Position numbers and translations under genes: made by a program. Source: Camelus ferus (Eukaryota). Taken from it: a stretch of 64,000 bases of DNA. Positions within the stretch are counted from its first letter, which is position 1; every line of letters begins with the position of its first letter. Below are positions 27,130 to 39,091 of the stretch, one piece after another. The DNA is taken from contig NC_045697.1 in NCBI RefSeq assembly GCF_009834535.1, positions 19,718,001 through 19,782,000 of the forward strand, given 5' to 3'. The notes beneath the pieces were generated by a model that ran no database searches, was not told the DNA's origin, and saw nothing but the letters and a program-made list of their open reading frames with translations.

Positions 27130-27590
27130 TGGTCTCTACCTACATGGGCATCTTTATTGCCTGGTGCCCTCATTCACTACTTCCCACCAAATACACACAT
27201 ATAGCAGCACTGTAAACTCTGTGAGTTTCTTAAAACCACAGATTGTTACATGATTCCATCTATGCATGATCTGATTCATTTTGTTATTCCTCTTTGGGTA
27301 CACCTGTCTGCATGTACCACCACCATCAGTTTTCTTAGTCTGCCTTAAACGTCAACACTTTCACAGACTTTCAATATTTGCCCCATCCCTCTTCCAGAAA
27401 GCCATCACTAGATGCCATGACTCCCTCTCCCTGGCCGGCCAGTTCTACCCTCTCACTAATTACACGCATAGTAATCTGTTTGCATGTGCTCTTTAGAGTT
27501 GGAGCTCCTTAGGGTGTTATTGGCTCACATTCTGCCAGCCAGCTAGACCACACAAACTCTGGGATAACTTCTTTTCATTGAATTTCATAA
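27130..27590 (+). mobile_element. L2 fragment
   Basis: ccctcttccagaaagccatcact...tagagttggagctccttaggg. Confidence 0.55.
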
Positions 27591-28089
27591 GGAGAGGACG
27601 TAAAAGTGATTTAAAAAACCAGTAATGATTGAGAAAAAATAAGTGAAAGTAACACGTTGTTACTGATACAAAATTTCATTGTTAGAAATAGAAAATAAAA
27701 CAATTTCTAAAGGAACATCTAAGTCATTGTTGTAACCACACTGCAGAGTAAATCCTACCTCATGCTGCTGCTTCTATTTCTGACACATAATATTTGATGT
27801 CTGGAAACATCCAGTATCACATACTAGATTAGTCAGTCCTGCAGTAATATTTGAACACTTGGTGTGTTGTTAATCCTGTGGAATTATGTGCAGTGGATGT
27901 GAAATATGTAAGTCTTGATGGACATTAATGCACAGTGGGAAGAGATTAATGTGTAGTAGAAGTGTCATGAGAGACATTTGGACACAGCCACTGGTTAGGA
28001 GTATCAAGTTCCTTACGCAAAGCACAGAGAGGAGAAATGACGTGTGTCCCACTAACAGATCAGGGAAAGGCTTTGTAGTTGGGTGGTTA

Positions 28090-28270
28090 TTACTAGACCT
28101 CTCTGCCATGGTTCCTCATGTGTAAAATGAGGTTAGTAATAGTACCATAGTACCTTCCTCTAACGGTGCTGTGAGTGTGAGTAACTGATAAATGTGGCGC
28201 TTTTAGAAGAGTGCTTGGCACCTAGTATGTCCTCAAAAAGTTAACTGACATCATTATTACTACTGCTAAC
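28090..28270 (+). mobile_element. MIR SINE
   Basis: acctctctgccatggttcctcatgtgtaaaatgagg...agtgcttggcacctagta. Confidence 0.85.
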
Positions 28271-28542
28271 AGTATTATTCAAGAGGGAACTTGACAGGTA
28301 CAGTCCAGATTTAGAGAGAAACTAGAAAAATAAAAGCTGCAAAAAATCAAGTGTACTTGAAATGGTGAAGAGTACAGTTGATAGAAACACTAACTGGGGG
28401 AAATGGCAGAAAAAGTCTGAACTGAGAAATCTGGCTTGAGGAAAATGCAGATTTAGGGAAAAAATATGTATTTATTTTAGGTAGCAGAGACCTGTGAATG
28501 TTTACAAACTTTGGTTGAGGCCCTTAATTTCCTCTGTTACAG

Positions 28543-28690
28543 TTCTTCTCAAGGTTCTATGTGTACACACATCACTGCGGGATCTGATCAGATTCTGATT
28601 CAGGAAATCTATGGTAGGGCCAGAGAGTCTGCATTTCTAACATCCTCAGAGATGACATCAGTGCTGCCATTCCAAACACTACACTTTGAA
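28543..28690. mobile_element. MER5A-like hAT MITE
   Basis: cagattctgattcaggaaatctatggtagggccagagagtctgcatttctaaca...cacttt. Confidence 0.75.
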
Positions 28691-28857
28691 CTCGTTTATT
28701 TACTTGTCCATACAATGCTCCCCACCTCCAAATGTGAAACTGGTGTGAGCGGAGATTGTGTCTGTCCTGTTCATCACTGTACCTCTAGTGTCTGACACTG
28801 TGCTCAGCAGAGAGTAAGTGGTCAAAAAATGTTCAATGAATGAATGAATAAATGACT
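28691..28857 (+). mobile_element. L2 3' end
   Basis: gtctgtcctgttcatcactgtacctctagtgtctgacactgtgc...aatgaatgaatgaat. Confidence 0.85.
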
Positions 28858-31055
28858 GGAAAATGAATATTAAAGACAGGAAGGCGTGGAAATTTCAGAT
28901 ATAAGTGAGAGGGGATTGATTAATGGAATATCTTTCTAGAGGATGAGGAAGTGGAGCAGGGTCAAGAATACAGGAGGTGCACGTTAGTTTTGGCTAGAAA
29001 AAGAAAAATCTACTTTTTGTATAGAAATAGGAGAAAAAGATAGAAGGGAACCATTTTGAAGTAGAAAGGAGAGAAGAAATTGGGAGTCTCATTGAATATC
29101 GTGGATTAGCCTAGAAAATAAGGTTCAAGATTCTCACCACCTAAGCCCACTCACAATTCAAAACAGGTGAAATCATGCTGCGTTTTGTGGTGTGAGTCCA
29201 GGACACTGATCTCAGACTAGTCAATAACTAGAGTTGAGATGCGTTTTGTTTTTAAATGCGTGTTCTCAAGCCCACTCCAAATCTATGGAGTCAATGGACA
29301 GCTTAAGATGGAAGCCCCTGAAATAATTATTTATATAATTTTATAATGATCATATTAGCTAGTCTTTAGCTTAGCAGGAACTCAAAGTTTTTATAAATGA
29401 ATCTTGTCATTATTTTACATTTTGCCTCATTGCCCTAGAAAGAGTGTTTATAATTTAACTAGTACTACTGCTATTATGTTATTGATATAGCTGCAAAAAT
29501 TGAATGTTCAAACCTAATAACATTAATCCAGGAAAAAATAAGTTGGGGAGAAAAGTTGCATTTTACCCAAAAATGCATTTTAAAAAATTCACTGTAAAGC
29601 AGATGCCTTCTGTTTGCATTTTCTTAATATGTGAATGCTAGTCTTTATTGTTGCTCACAAAAAATTATCATTCATGAACACTATAAGGCAATGTGAACAC
29701 TGAAAGCCATATGACAAGGGAAAAGATGCTATGCAGAAACTGATGATTTGTCTTATTAGAACAACATCTCTGTTGCATGCAATCACCTTCATATTTGAAC
29801 TTAAATTCTTCTAAGCTTAGAGAAAATAACCAAATCAATGGCAGTTTAGACATCTGAGAATGAATGTGATACTGAGCATTGGAATGACATATTCCTATTT
29901 CTGAAGGTATTTTACGGTATTTAGTACTGCTCGAAATAAACTTGGAGTAAAGTAAGAAAGTTGTTGTAAAAGTGGTATATTTCTTACTGGTTTTGATGAA
30001 TTAACAAATTCCTATTTTTAAGAAAATGCCAGGATAATATTTAGACATTGGCTCAATTAAAATGCTTTAAAGAAAATGAATTGAAGAATAATGTAGGCAC
30101 TGAAATGAAAAGTTGTGATGTCTGAAATAATTGATTTAATGTTTTATCTTTCTAGCTTTGTCTTAAAAAGACAAAGTTATTTCCTAAAATGCAGGTGCTA
30201 TATTAGATTACATGTGTTTTACTGGGTTTGCTGAGAGAATTAAATTCATACCAAAATTTAGGATCTTTGCTCCATTTGCAACATAGGATGTTAAATTAAG
30301 AAAATCCAATTAATGAAAATACTAGCCTTGCCAATGGAGTCATCAGTGTAGGTAACTTTCTTTTCCACAGTTTTTTATCCTTTTTTAGAGCTAAAACATA
30401 CCAGTTATTCACCAATTATTACTCAATGAGAAAATTTCAAAGTATGAATAATGCTATCTCTGATATTTCATTGATTAAGTTCTCACATACTGCATCAGGG
30501 AAAATATGACTTTTAGTATTAGAAACTGTTTCCAGATGTCATTTATTCAGAGAATGCTTTATCAAATTTAGCTACAGAGGGTTAAATCCAGAAAAAATAA
30601 ATCCCTCAATCACTGCAAGTATTAAGAATATTTTTTATATCAGTAGATTTAAATTGATAATGGATTATTTTAATATATCCAATAAATTATTCAGTTTTAT
30701 CTTTGTTATCATTGAATGTTTTCTTAAACCACATGATTCCAGTAGTTTACACTGTTGATTTTATTCAGGCACAATTTTTCCTTCCAAAATTCGTGCTCAC
30801 ATTATTTACATATTTTGTTTAAATTTGTTGAATGTGATTTTGGATTTAATATTTTTCCAGTGAGAATTACTTGAACCATTAGTGAAGTGATTCATGTTGA
30901 CAATGCATCTTAAAATATGTTTAATGTTTTAAAGAATATTTTGTATGTAATTAATATTTAGTATTTGCATCTCACTGTTTCCTCTGTGCGTTTAGTAACT
31001 TTAATTGATGATGTGTAATACCAAGTTTTAAGTCATTTTCAATGTTTTCCTTATA

Positions 31056-31553
31056 CAGATGGTCCCCAGCTTAATGATGGTTTAACTTAAGATTATTCAA
31101 TTTTACAATGGTGCAGAAGTGATAAGCATTCAGTAGAAACTGCACATTGAATTTTAAATGTTTCTGGGCTAGTGATATTCCGTTCCATACTCCTTTCTCA
31201 TGCTGGGCAGTGGCAGTGAGCCGTAGCTCCCAGTCAGCCACGTGATCAAGAGGGTAAACCACTGATACACTTACAACCTCTACATACCCAGACAACCATT
31301 CTGTTTTTCACTTTCAGTGCAGTATTCAATAAATTTCATGAGATATTCCACACTTTGTTCTAAAATAGGCTTGTGTTAGATGATTTTGCTCTACTGTAGG
31401 CTAATGTCAGTGTTCTGAGCACGTTTAAGGTAGGCTAAGCTAAGCTATGATGTTCATTAGGGTAGGTGTATTAAATGCACTTTTGACTTGGGGTGTTTTC
31501 AACTTATTCTGGGTTTATCAGGATGTACCCCATGGTAAATCGAGGAAGATCTG
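31056..31553 (-). mobile_element. MER47/Tigger5-family non-autonomous Tc1-mariner element, complete
   Basis: Termini cagatggtcccc...cgaggaagatctg flanked by TA on both sides (31054-55, 31554-55); MER47-like body (gtaggctaagctaagctatgatgttc). Confidence 0.88.
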
Positions 31554-31617
31554 TATAAAGGGATTAATGACTTGGCTGATTTTTTTCCTTATCATTTGCT
31601 AAAAGTTTTTAAATCAT

Positions 31618-32009
31618 TGTATTCATTTTCTGGGGTTGCTATGACAAAATATGACAGCCTGGGTAGCTTAACTAACAGAAATTTATTTTCTCACAGCTGT
31701 GGAAGCTAAAAGTTCAAGATCATGAAAAGTTGAAAGGCTTGGTTTCTCCTAACGCCTCTCTCCTTGGCTTGTCGATAACCTCCTTGTCACTTTTTTTCCT
31801 GTGTCCTCTAATGTCTTTCCTCTGTGTACACACATATCTGTGTCTTACTCTCTTCTTATAAGGACAACAGTCCTACTGCATCAGGGCCCACCCATCTGAC
31901 CTCATTTTACTCATTAAACACCCTGTCTCTATCTGCAGTCATATCTGAGGCACAGGGGGTTTGGACTTTCTATCATATGAATTTTGGAGGAGACAATTCC
32001 ACTCATAAT
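31618..32009 (-). mobile_element. MLT1A/B-like solo LTR
   Basis: tgtattcattttctggggttgctatgacaaaata...ctcttcttataaggacaacagtc...gacaattccactcataa; similar to the copy at 16872. Confidence 0.88.
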
Positions 32010-33079
32010 GATCATCTATCAGAGAATCTAGTCTTCTGTTTTTTTTTTTTTATAAAAAAGTTCACAAAATCAAATTACCTTTACATGCCAGAGTAATACT
32101 GATTTAATGATTTTGATCGTGCCAGCAGATGATTCTGAGGAGGCTTTGTAAATTCTGCAGGAACAACGTGAACGTTGTCTGAAGCTTCCCAGTGGCTCTT
32201 ATCTGGTATTAATGGCTTTGCTCCTTCCATAACAGTAAAATTAATGTACATAGTGAATCTCTAAGAGAATGGAACATTGAGACTACAGCTAAGTGAGGTT
32301 TAATGCTGTCAAGTAGAATAACATGATATAAAAGCAAAGCGTTTATAGTGTAATTAAAAATTAGCATTACTTTCCCGGTTATAGGTAATTGTTACTCCTT
32401 TGGAAGAACTGTTTAGAGCTGTTAGATTTTTAAAACAAAGTATGTTTGCAAATCTCCTTTTTGTGTCTTTTAACATTTTGTACTTCCAGTAAAGGAGCCA
32501 TCCTTTTAAAATATGTACATCTTAGATCTAACAGTAATGTCTGTTTTGATATCCACATAAACCTTATTTTTTCCTGTTGTTTTGTTTTCTTGGAGGAAAC
32601 TAGTTTGTTTTTTTTTTTTTTTTTTTTGAGTGAATTGAAGAATACTGCTTGAAAATAAAACTGAAGCTTCATTATAAAAAACCTGTAATTGATATAATAA
32701 TCTTTATAAACTTTGTTCTTAGTTAAAGAAGTAGTGTAATTTCCAATATGCTTTATTGCAATGCTACTCAAATGTTGGTGTGAAGCTTGTACTGACCTTG
32801 AAATTTTTACAGATCAGCAACAATAGAAGTACGGAAACTGAGAGTAAACACTGAGAAACTTTTATAGTCTTTGGACAGGTTAACATTGTCATTTCTACCA
32901 ATAAAAACAGAGGGGTGTATTTTGAATTCTTTTTATTTTTACTTTATTTTGCAATCAATTATTATTATAATGGGTTTTCCCACAAAAGTATAAGTTTATG
33001 AAGGACTGAAAATTACAAACAAAACTTAAGAAAAAACATGAACTTTAACACGTGGAGTATGAACAGCACTGTTCTACGG

Positions 33080-33230
33080 AATAGGAACAAGAGCTCTAGA
33101 TATGAATCTGACAGGCCTGAATTTGACCCTGGCTCTACCACTGAGAAGTTATTGGGATTTGGGGCAAATTACTTACAATCTCTGAACTTGTGTTCTCACC
33201 TTTGAAGTGACAATCATAACAAAATATTGA
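33080..33230 (+). mobile_element. MIR SINE
   Basis: gacaggcctgaatttgaccctggctctaccactg...ttggggcaaattactt. Confidence 0.75.
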
Positions 33231-33264
33231 ATTTTTTTTTTTACAAAGCACATAGGGTCTTAAC

Positions 33265-33461
33265 TAAGGTATTTGAAACTCAGTAGTATTGATACTTTGG
33301 GCTAAATAATTCTTTGCTTTTACCAGTTAACAGGGGCCTAGCCAGGACACTGTAGGATATTCAGCAGTGTCCCTGCTTTCTCCCACACTAGATGCCAGTA
33401 AGCACCCCTCAAATCTTGACAATTGAAGATGGGTGAGGAGAGGGGTGAATTGAGAACCACT
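33265..33461. mobile_element. MER20 hAT element
   Basis: tttgggctaaataattctttg...cactgtaggatattcagcagtgtccctg...cactagatgccagta...ttgagaaccactg. Confidence 0.85.
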
Positions 33462-33689
33462 GGGCTAATCTCACTGAAAAACAAAAAATTTACATATGAT
33501 TAACCGAACTCTTGTAGAAATCTTAAGAAGTGTAAACATCTTGATGAAGTCCAACACGTTTAACTCCAACACAGCATTTTTATTTCAGTGTTAATTAGAT
33601 TGCATGTTTTCTTTCCTTAGAAATAACACTAACAACTGCATTTTAAAAAATTGAGTAGTAGGTGAAAATTGATTTGTATTTATAAGCAT

Positions 33690-33832
33690 GTTATGCATAT
33701 ACATATGCATATATACATATATACATATTTATATGTATACACACACACCTAAAAACATCCACATATATATTACTGTATATATAATATAATCACATGTAAC
33801 TATATGCATTATGATGTCATGTAATATAATAT
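33690..33832 (+). repeat. (TA/TACA)-rich low-complexity tract
   Basis: tgcatatacatatgcatatatacatatatacatatttatatgtatacacac. Confidence 0.75.
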
Positions 33833-33885
33833 GATTTGCAAAGGGAACAACAAATCTAATTTTCTAATCCCTTTTCAATGTAGAG

Positions 33886-35873
33886 TTGTGGTGTCCAATA
33901 CAGGAGTTACTGGACACATTTAAGGAAATTAAAGATGACTTAAAGAAATGGAATGATATCCCATGCTCTTGGACTGGAAGAATTAATACAGTTAAAATGG
34001 CCATACTACCCAAAACAATCTATAGATTTAATGCTATCCCTATCAAATAACCTAGGGCAGTTTTCACAGAACTGGAACAAATAATCCTAAAACTTATATG
34101 GAATCACAAAAAAACCAGAATTGTCAAAGCAATACTAAAGAAAAAGAATGAAGCTGGAGGAATAACCCTCCCAGACTTCAGACAATACTGCAAAGCTATA
34201 GTAATCAAAACAGCATGATACTGGCACAAAAACAGATCCATATGATCAGTGGATCAGAATAGAGAGCCCAGAAATGAATCCACACACTTATGGTCAATTA
34301 ATCTTCAACAAAGGAGGCAGGAACATACAGTGGAGAAAAGACAGTCTCTTTGACAAGTGGTGTTGGAAAAACTGGACAGCCACAGTAAATCAATGAAATT
34401 AGAACACTCTCTTAAAAACATTCACAAAAATAAACTCAAATGGCTTAAAGACTTAAACATAAGACAAGACACCATAAACCTCCTAGAAGAGAACATAGGC
34501 AAAACATTCTCTGATATAAATCATAGCAACATTCTCCCAGTAAGCTTTTGCACAGCAAAGGAAGCCATAAAACAAAAAGACAATCTACAGAATGGGAGAA
34601 AATATCTGCAAATGACGTGACTGACAAAGGCTTAATTTCCAGAATATATAAACAGTTCATACAACTTAATTAAAAAAAAAAAAAGTCTAATCCAAAGATG
34701 GGCAGAAGACCTAAATAAGCAATTCTCTAATGAAGACATACAAATAGCTAATAGGCACATGAAAATATGCTCAATATTGCTAATTATCAGAGAAATGCAA
34801 ATCAAAACTATAATGAGGTATCACCTCACACCACTCAGAATGGTCCTCATTAAAAAGTCCACAAACAATAAATGTTGGAGCAAGTGTGGAGAAAAGGGAA
34901 CCTTCCTACACTGTTGGTAGGAAGGTACTTTAGTGCAGCAATTATGGAAAACAGTATGGAGATTCCTTAAAAAACTGAAAATAGATTTACCCTATGATTC
35001 AGCAATCCCACTCCTGGGCATGTATCCAGAGGAACTCTAATTTGAAAAGATACGTGCACCCCAGTGTTCCCTGTGGCACTATTTACAATAGCCAAGACAG
35101 GGTAAAAACCTAAATGTTCATTGGCAGATGACTGGATAAAGAAGTTGTGAGATACATGTATATACAATGGAATACTACTTAGCCATAAGAAATAATAAAA
35201 TAATGTCATTTTGCAGCAACATGAATGGACATGGAGATCATCATATTAACTGAAATAAGCTAGAAAGAGAAAGAAAAACATCATGTGATATCAATTATAT
35301 GTGGAGTCTAAAAAAAAAAAATAGGACACAAATAAACTTATTTACAAAACAGAGATGGACTCACAGACAGAAAACAAACTATGGCTACCAGGAGGGGAAG
35401 ATAGTGGGAAGGGATAAATTGGAAGTTCGGAACTATATTCAATACCTTGTAATGGCTTATAAAGAAAAAGCATATGAAAGGAAATATACATATGTATATA
35501 TGTATAAATGTATCACTATGCTATACATGAGAAATTAACACAACATTGTAAATCAACTGTACTTCAATTAAAAAAGGGAAAAAATGAACACCAGATTTTG
35601 AAGACATAGTATGAAAAAGTAATGTAAATTATCTCAGTCATTTTTATATTAATTACATATTGACATGATGCCATCTGGGCAATTTTAGTGAATAAGATCA
35701 ATAACTGTACATCTGCAACTAATATAATATTGTAAGTCAACTATACTTCAATTTTAAAAAAAGATCTAGGATTGATTTGAACTCTTTCACTTTCCTTAAT
35801 GTGACTTTTTGAAAATTTAAACTTATATATGCGGCTTGCATTTGTGTCTTACTATTTCTCTTGGACAGAGCTG
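33886..35873 (-). mobile_element. MER33 hAT element split by an L1 (arms at about 33886-33919 and 35582-35873)
   Basis: Left arm tgtccaatacaggagttactggacacat; right arm acaccagattttgaagacatagtatg...ttggacagagctg. Confidence 0.75.
33920..35582 (+). mobile_element. Camelid/cetartiodactyl L1, 5'-truncated (ORF2 3' part and 3' UTR) with two internal deletions
   Basis: ORF2 residues (KWLKDLNIRQDTINLLEENIG, SFCTAKE); 3' UTR ending tacttcaattaaaaaa. Confidence 0.95.
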
Positions 35874-38567
35874 CTGTATGTCATATACTCTTTGGAATGT
35901 TGGAACTTATCATCTATTGCACTTATATTAAAGTTTATCTTTCTCTTTTTTTTCTTAATTCTGCACAGTGATGTGTAATGAGTTCAAGGGAGTTAAAGGT
36001 ATAAATGACAAGACTTTCGGGGTGAGATTTACATAAACCACTAAAGGCATGATGCATAGAAAATAATTAGATCAGTAAATATTTTGCTGTTATTATTACT
36101 ATTGCTATTATTTAGTAAGGACTGTAGTTCTTCAATAAAGGAAACAAAGGAAAGAAAGAGGAGGAAATATTTTCTGATTTCGAATTTATTTTACGGTATG
36201 TGTTGATAAGCCAGTTGGACATCTCTTTTATTTCTAAATGAGATGATTCTGTATTCAGATCTGAAAACAGAATCCTTGAATCTACAGCGATGTCTGTGCA
36301 TGTGTGTGCCTTTACCCTTGTCCCCCTGCCCCACAGACTGCATATGGAGCTGCTCGGTATATTTCTACTGCTTAACTAAAGAAAGAAATGGAAAACTAGA
36401 AAATTGATGACCTCTTCTGAATTTTTTATTAATTTTTTCAAGCATTTTGTATTAATGGTTGATATTTATTTGAAAACTCAGTAGAAAGAATTTTTCAACC
36501 CAAATGTGTGTATTAAAAAATTGATGAAGACATTTCTTTGTGTGTTGAGCATATTGACTGAAATGATTATAAGGATATATGCAGACAGGGATAAGAATGG
36601 TTTTATTGTTTTTCGGAATTTCTTTTTAACTCTATGACTAAAAAGATCTACTAATAAAAACAAAAAAAGAAATCTTTTTCAACCAAGATGCTTTGTGAGA
36701 AAATTAAATGGGTGTTAATGCCTTAAGCACTCATCATGTGTAATTAATTAGCTTCCTTCCTATGCATCTAAAATAGTGCAAGTTATGTAACCATTTTGGG
36801 GAATGGAAAAAAAAATAACTCCATCACTTTCTGTGTTACCATTTATTGCTCAGATGAGGAGCTTTGGATATGATTCTATAGGAATTCTCTAGTTTTTCTG
36901 TATTTGAATATTTGTCTTTCTTTATGTAATCAAGCTTGAAGAGATAAGCCTGTTAAAATTACTGAGAACCAAAGACAATGCGATTGCTTGGTTTATTAAT
37001 CAGAAAAAAACGAATACACCATTCGAATTGTAATTACTATCAAATCAATCCCCAAAGTCAGAAACAAAAGCCAAACATTCAAAAAAATAAAAGGTGAAAA
37101 CAGTACATATGCTAAGAAGATGAAAGGCAAGGCAGCAGATATCAGAAGTATTTAGAAGCATAAAACTGAGGTTGCAAGGAAGAAATGGAATTTGAGAGAA
37201 CAGCAAAAATGCCAAAATACAGTAACAGTAGAAAGCAGAGGTGATCTCTGGAGGATATTTAAAATTCCAAATTAACACTTACAGTAACTCCGTGCATGAA
37301 TAACATACCATAGCCTATGGGGACAATTAGTGTAAAGGCAAGCTGAGTTTGGCTCTTCTAGGCTCTCTAAAGATAGTATTTTGCTATCAGTGGTGTCACA
37401 TTAAAAGGAATACTAAACAATAGCTTGTATCCGCTTGAGAAAAGTTGTACTGCAATTACAGGACATGGCAAGTTAGGCTGTGATGCTATGAATTTCTGTA
37501 ATGTGAACACTGATCCATATAGAAGTAGACCCCAAACTAGTCACAGTGGAAGGTGCCTACTCACATGTGAATCCTAAGAAAAGGTACATAAGCAAGATAA
37601 GAACATTTAAGCGGAAGCAGAGATGTTAGATAATTTAAAAAACTAGTTTCAAGACAACAAAGCTTAGGAAAAACAGCTGATCGTGTTGTTTTTTAAAAAA
37701 CAAATTTGGAATTATTGAATTCTGTGTAATGCATATGTATATGACTAAGCCATAGCATGCTGTATTTGTTTCTGTTAATGGGAAAGATAAGAAGATATCC
37801 ACAATTCATTACTTCATGCATTCTTTCAGAAACATTTAGTGAGCTTCTACTATATTCCAGGCACCTGAGAAGGCATTTGAGTGGTGGTCAAGCTAGAAAA
37901 GATTTCTGCCTTCATAGAACTTATAATCAAGTGTATTGCAGGTAATGAAAAAATAGAAGAATAAACATTTACTATCATTCACTAGTTTAAATACTGAAAA
38001 GAATAAGGCCTTAGTATAAAGGGATAGAAAATAATACAGGTGTGTTTAGATTGTTAGACTAAGGAAAACTTCAAGAAGGTAATTATTGAACAGGGACCTG
38101 AATGAAATATCTAACAGGATATCTGAGAAATACATAAGGCATAAGAAAGCTTGAGAATAAGTTTGTTCTAGGAAGAGGAAATTATAAATGCGAAGACTTT
38201 GAGGAGGAAATAAAGTTGTGTCATTTGATTTACAGCAAAAACAGCAGAGTGGCTGGGCTAGGCTGGGCTGAGCAAGGGAGACCATGCAGGAGACTATTTA
38301 AAGTATCTAGGTAACCAAAGCATGATCCATGTAAAAACTGCAAAGCTAGACGTAATTAAAATTTAAAATTTTACCCTGTGGCAGATATTGTCAAAGAATA
38401 AAAAGACAAGTCACAGACTGGGGGAAAATATTTGCAAAAGACATATCTAATAAAGGTCAGTTATCCAAAATATACAAAGAATTCTTAAAAATCAACAATG
38501 AGAAAGCAAACAACCAGATTTAAAAATGGGCAAAGACCTTAACAGGCACTTCACAGAAGACATACAG

Positions 38568-38702
38568 GGGGAGGGTATAGCTTAGTGGTAGATTGTAGAG
38601 TATGTGTCTCTCATGCACAAGGTCCTGGGTTCAATCCCCAGTACCTCCATTAAAATAAATAAATAAACCTAATTACCTCCCCCACAACCAAAAAAAAAAA
38701 AA
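38568..38702 (+). mobile_element. Vic-1-type SINE
   Basis: ggggagggtatagcttagtggtag...ggtcctgggttcaatccccagtacctccattaaaataaataaataaacctaattacctccccc plus A run; clearly homologous to the copy at 13107. Confidence 0.92.
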
Positions 38703-39091
38703 TGATATCACTAATATGTGGAATCTAAAAAAAAAAAAAAAAGGACACAATGAACTTATTTACAAAACAGATACATAGAAAACAAACTTACGGTTGCCAG
38801 TGGGGAAAAGAGGGAGGGACAGATAAATTGGGAGCTCAGGATTCGTAGATACTAACTACTATATATAAAATAGATATAAATAAGTTTCTACTTGTTTATC
38901 TATTGTTCCCTGCACGGGGAACAATACTCAATACCTTGTAATGGCCTATAATGAAAAAAAATATTTAAAGGAATATATATATAAATATATATATATATGT
39001 ATAAATGAATCACTATGCTGTGTACCAGAAATACAACGTTGTAAATTGACTATACCTCAATTGAAAATAAAGAACCATTGCAGAAAAAAAC
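38703..39091 (+). mobile_element. Young L1 3' end (ORF2 stop and 3' UTR) directly following the SINE
   Basis: tgatatcactaatatgtggaatctaaaa...tgaacttatttacaaaacag...gactatacctcaattgaaaataaa; homologous to 35285-35575. Confidence 0.92.
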
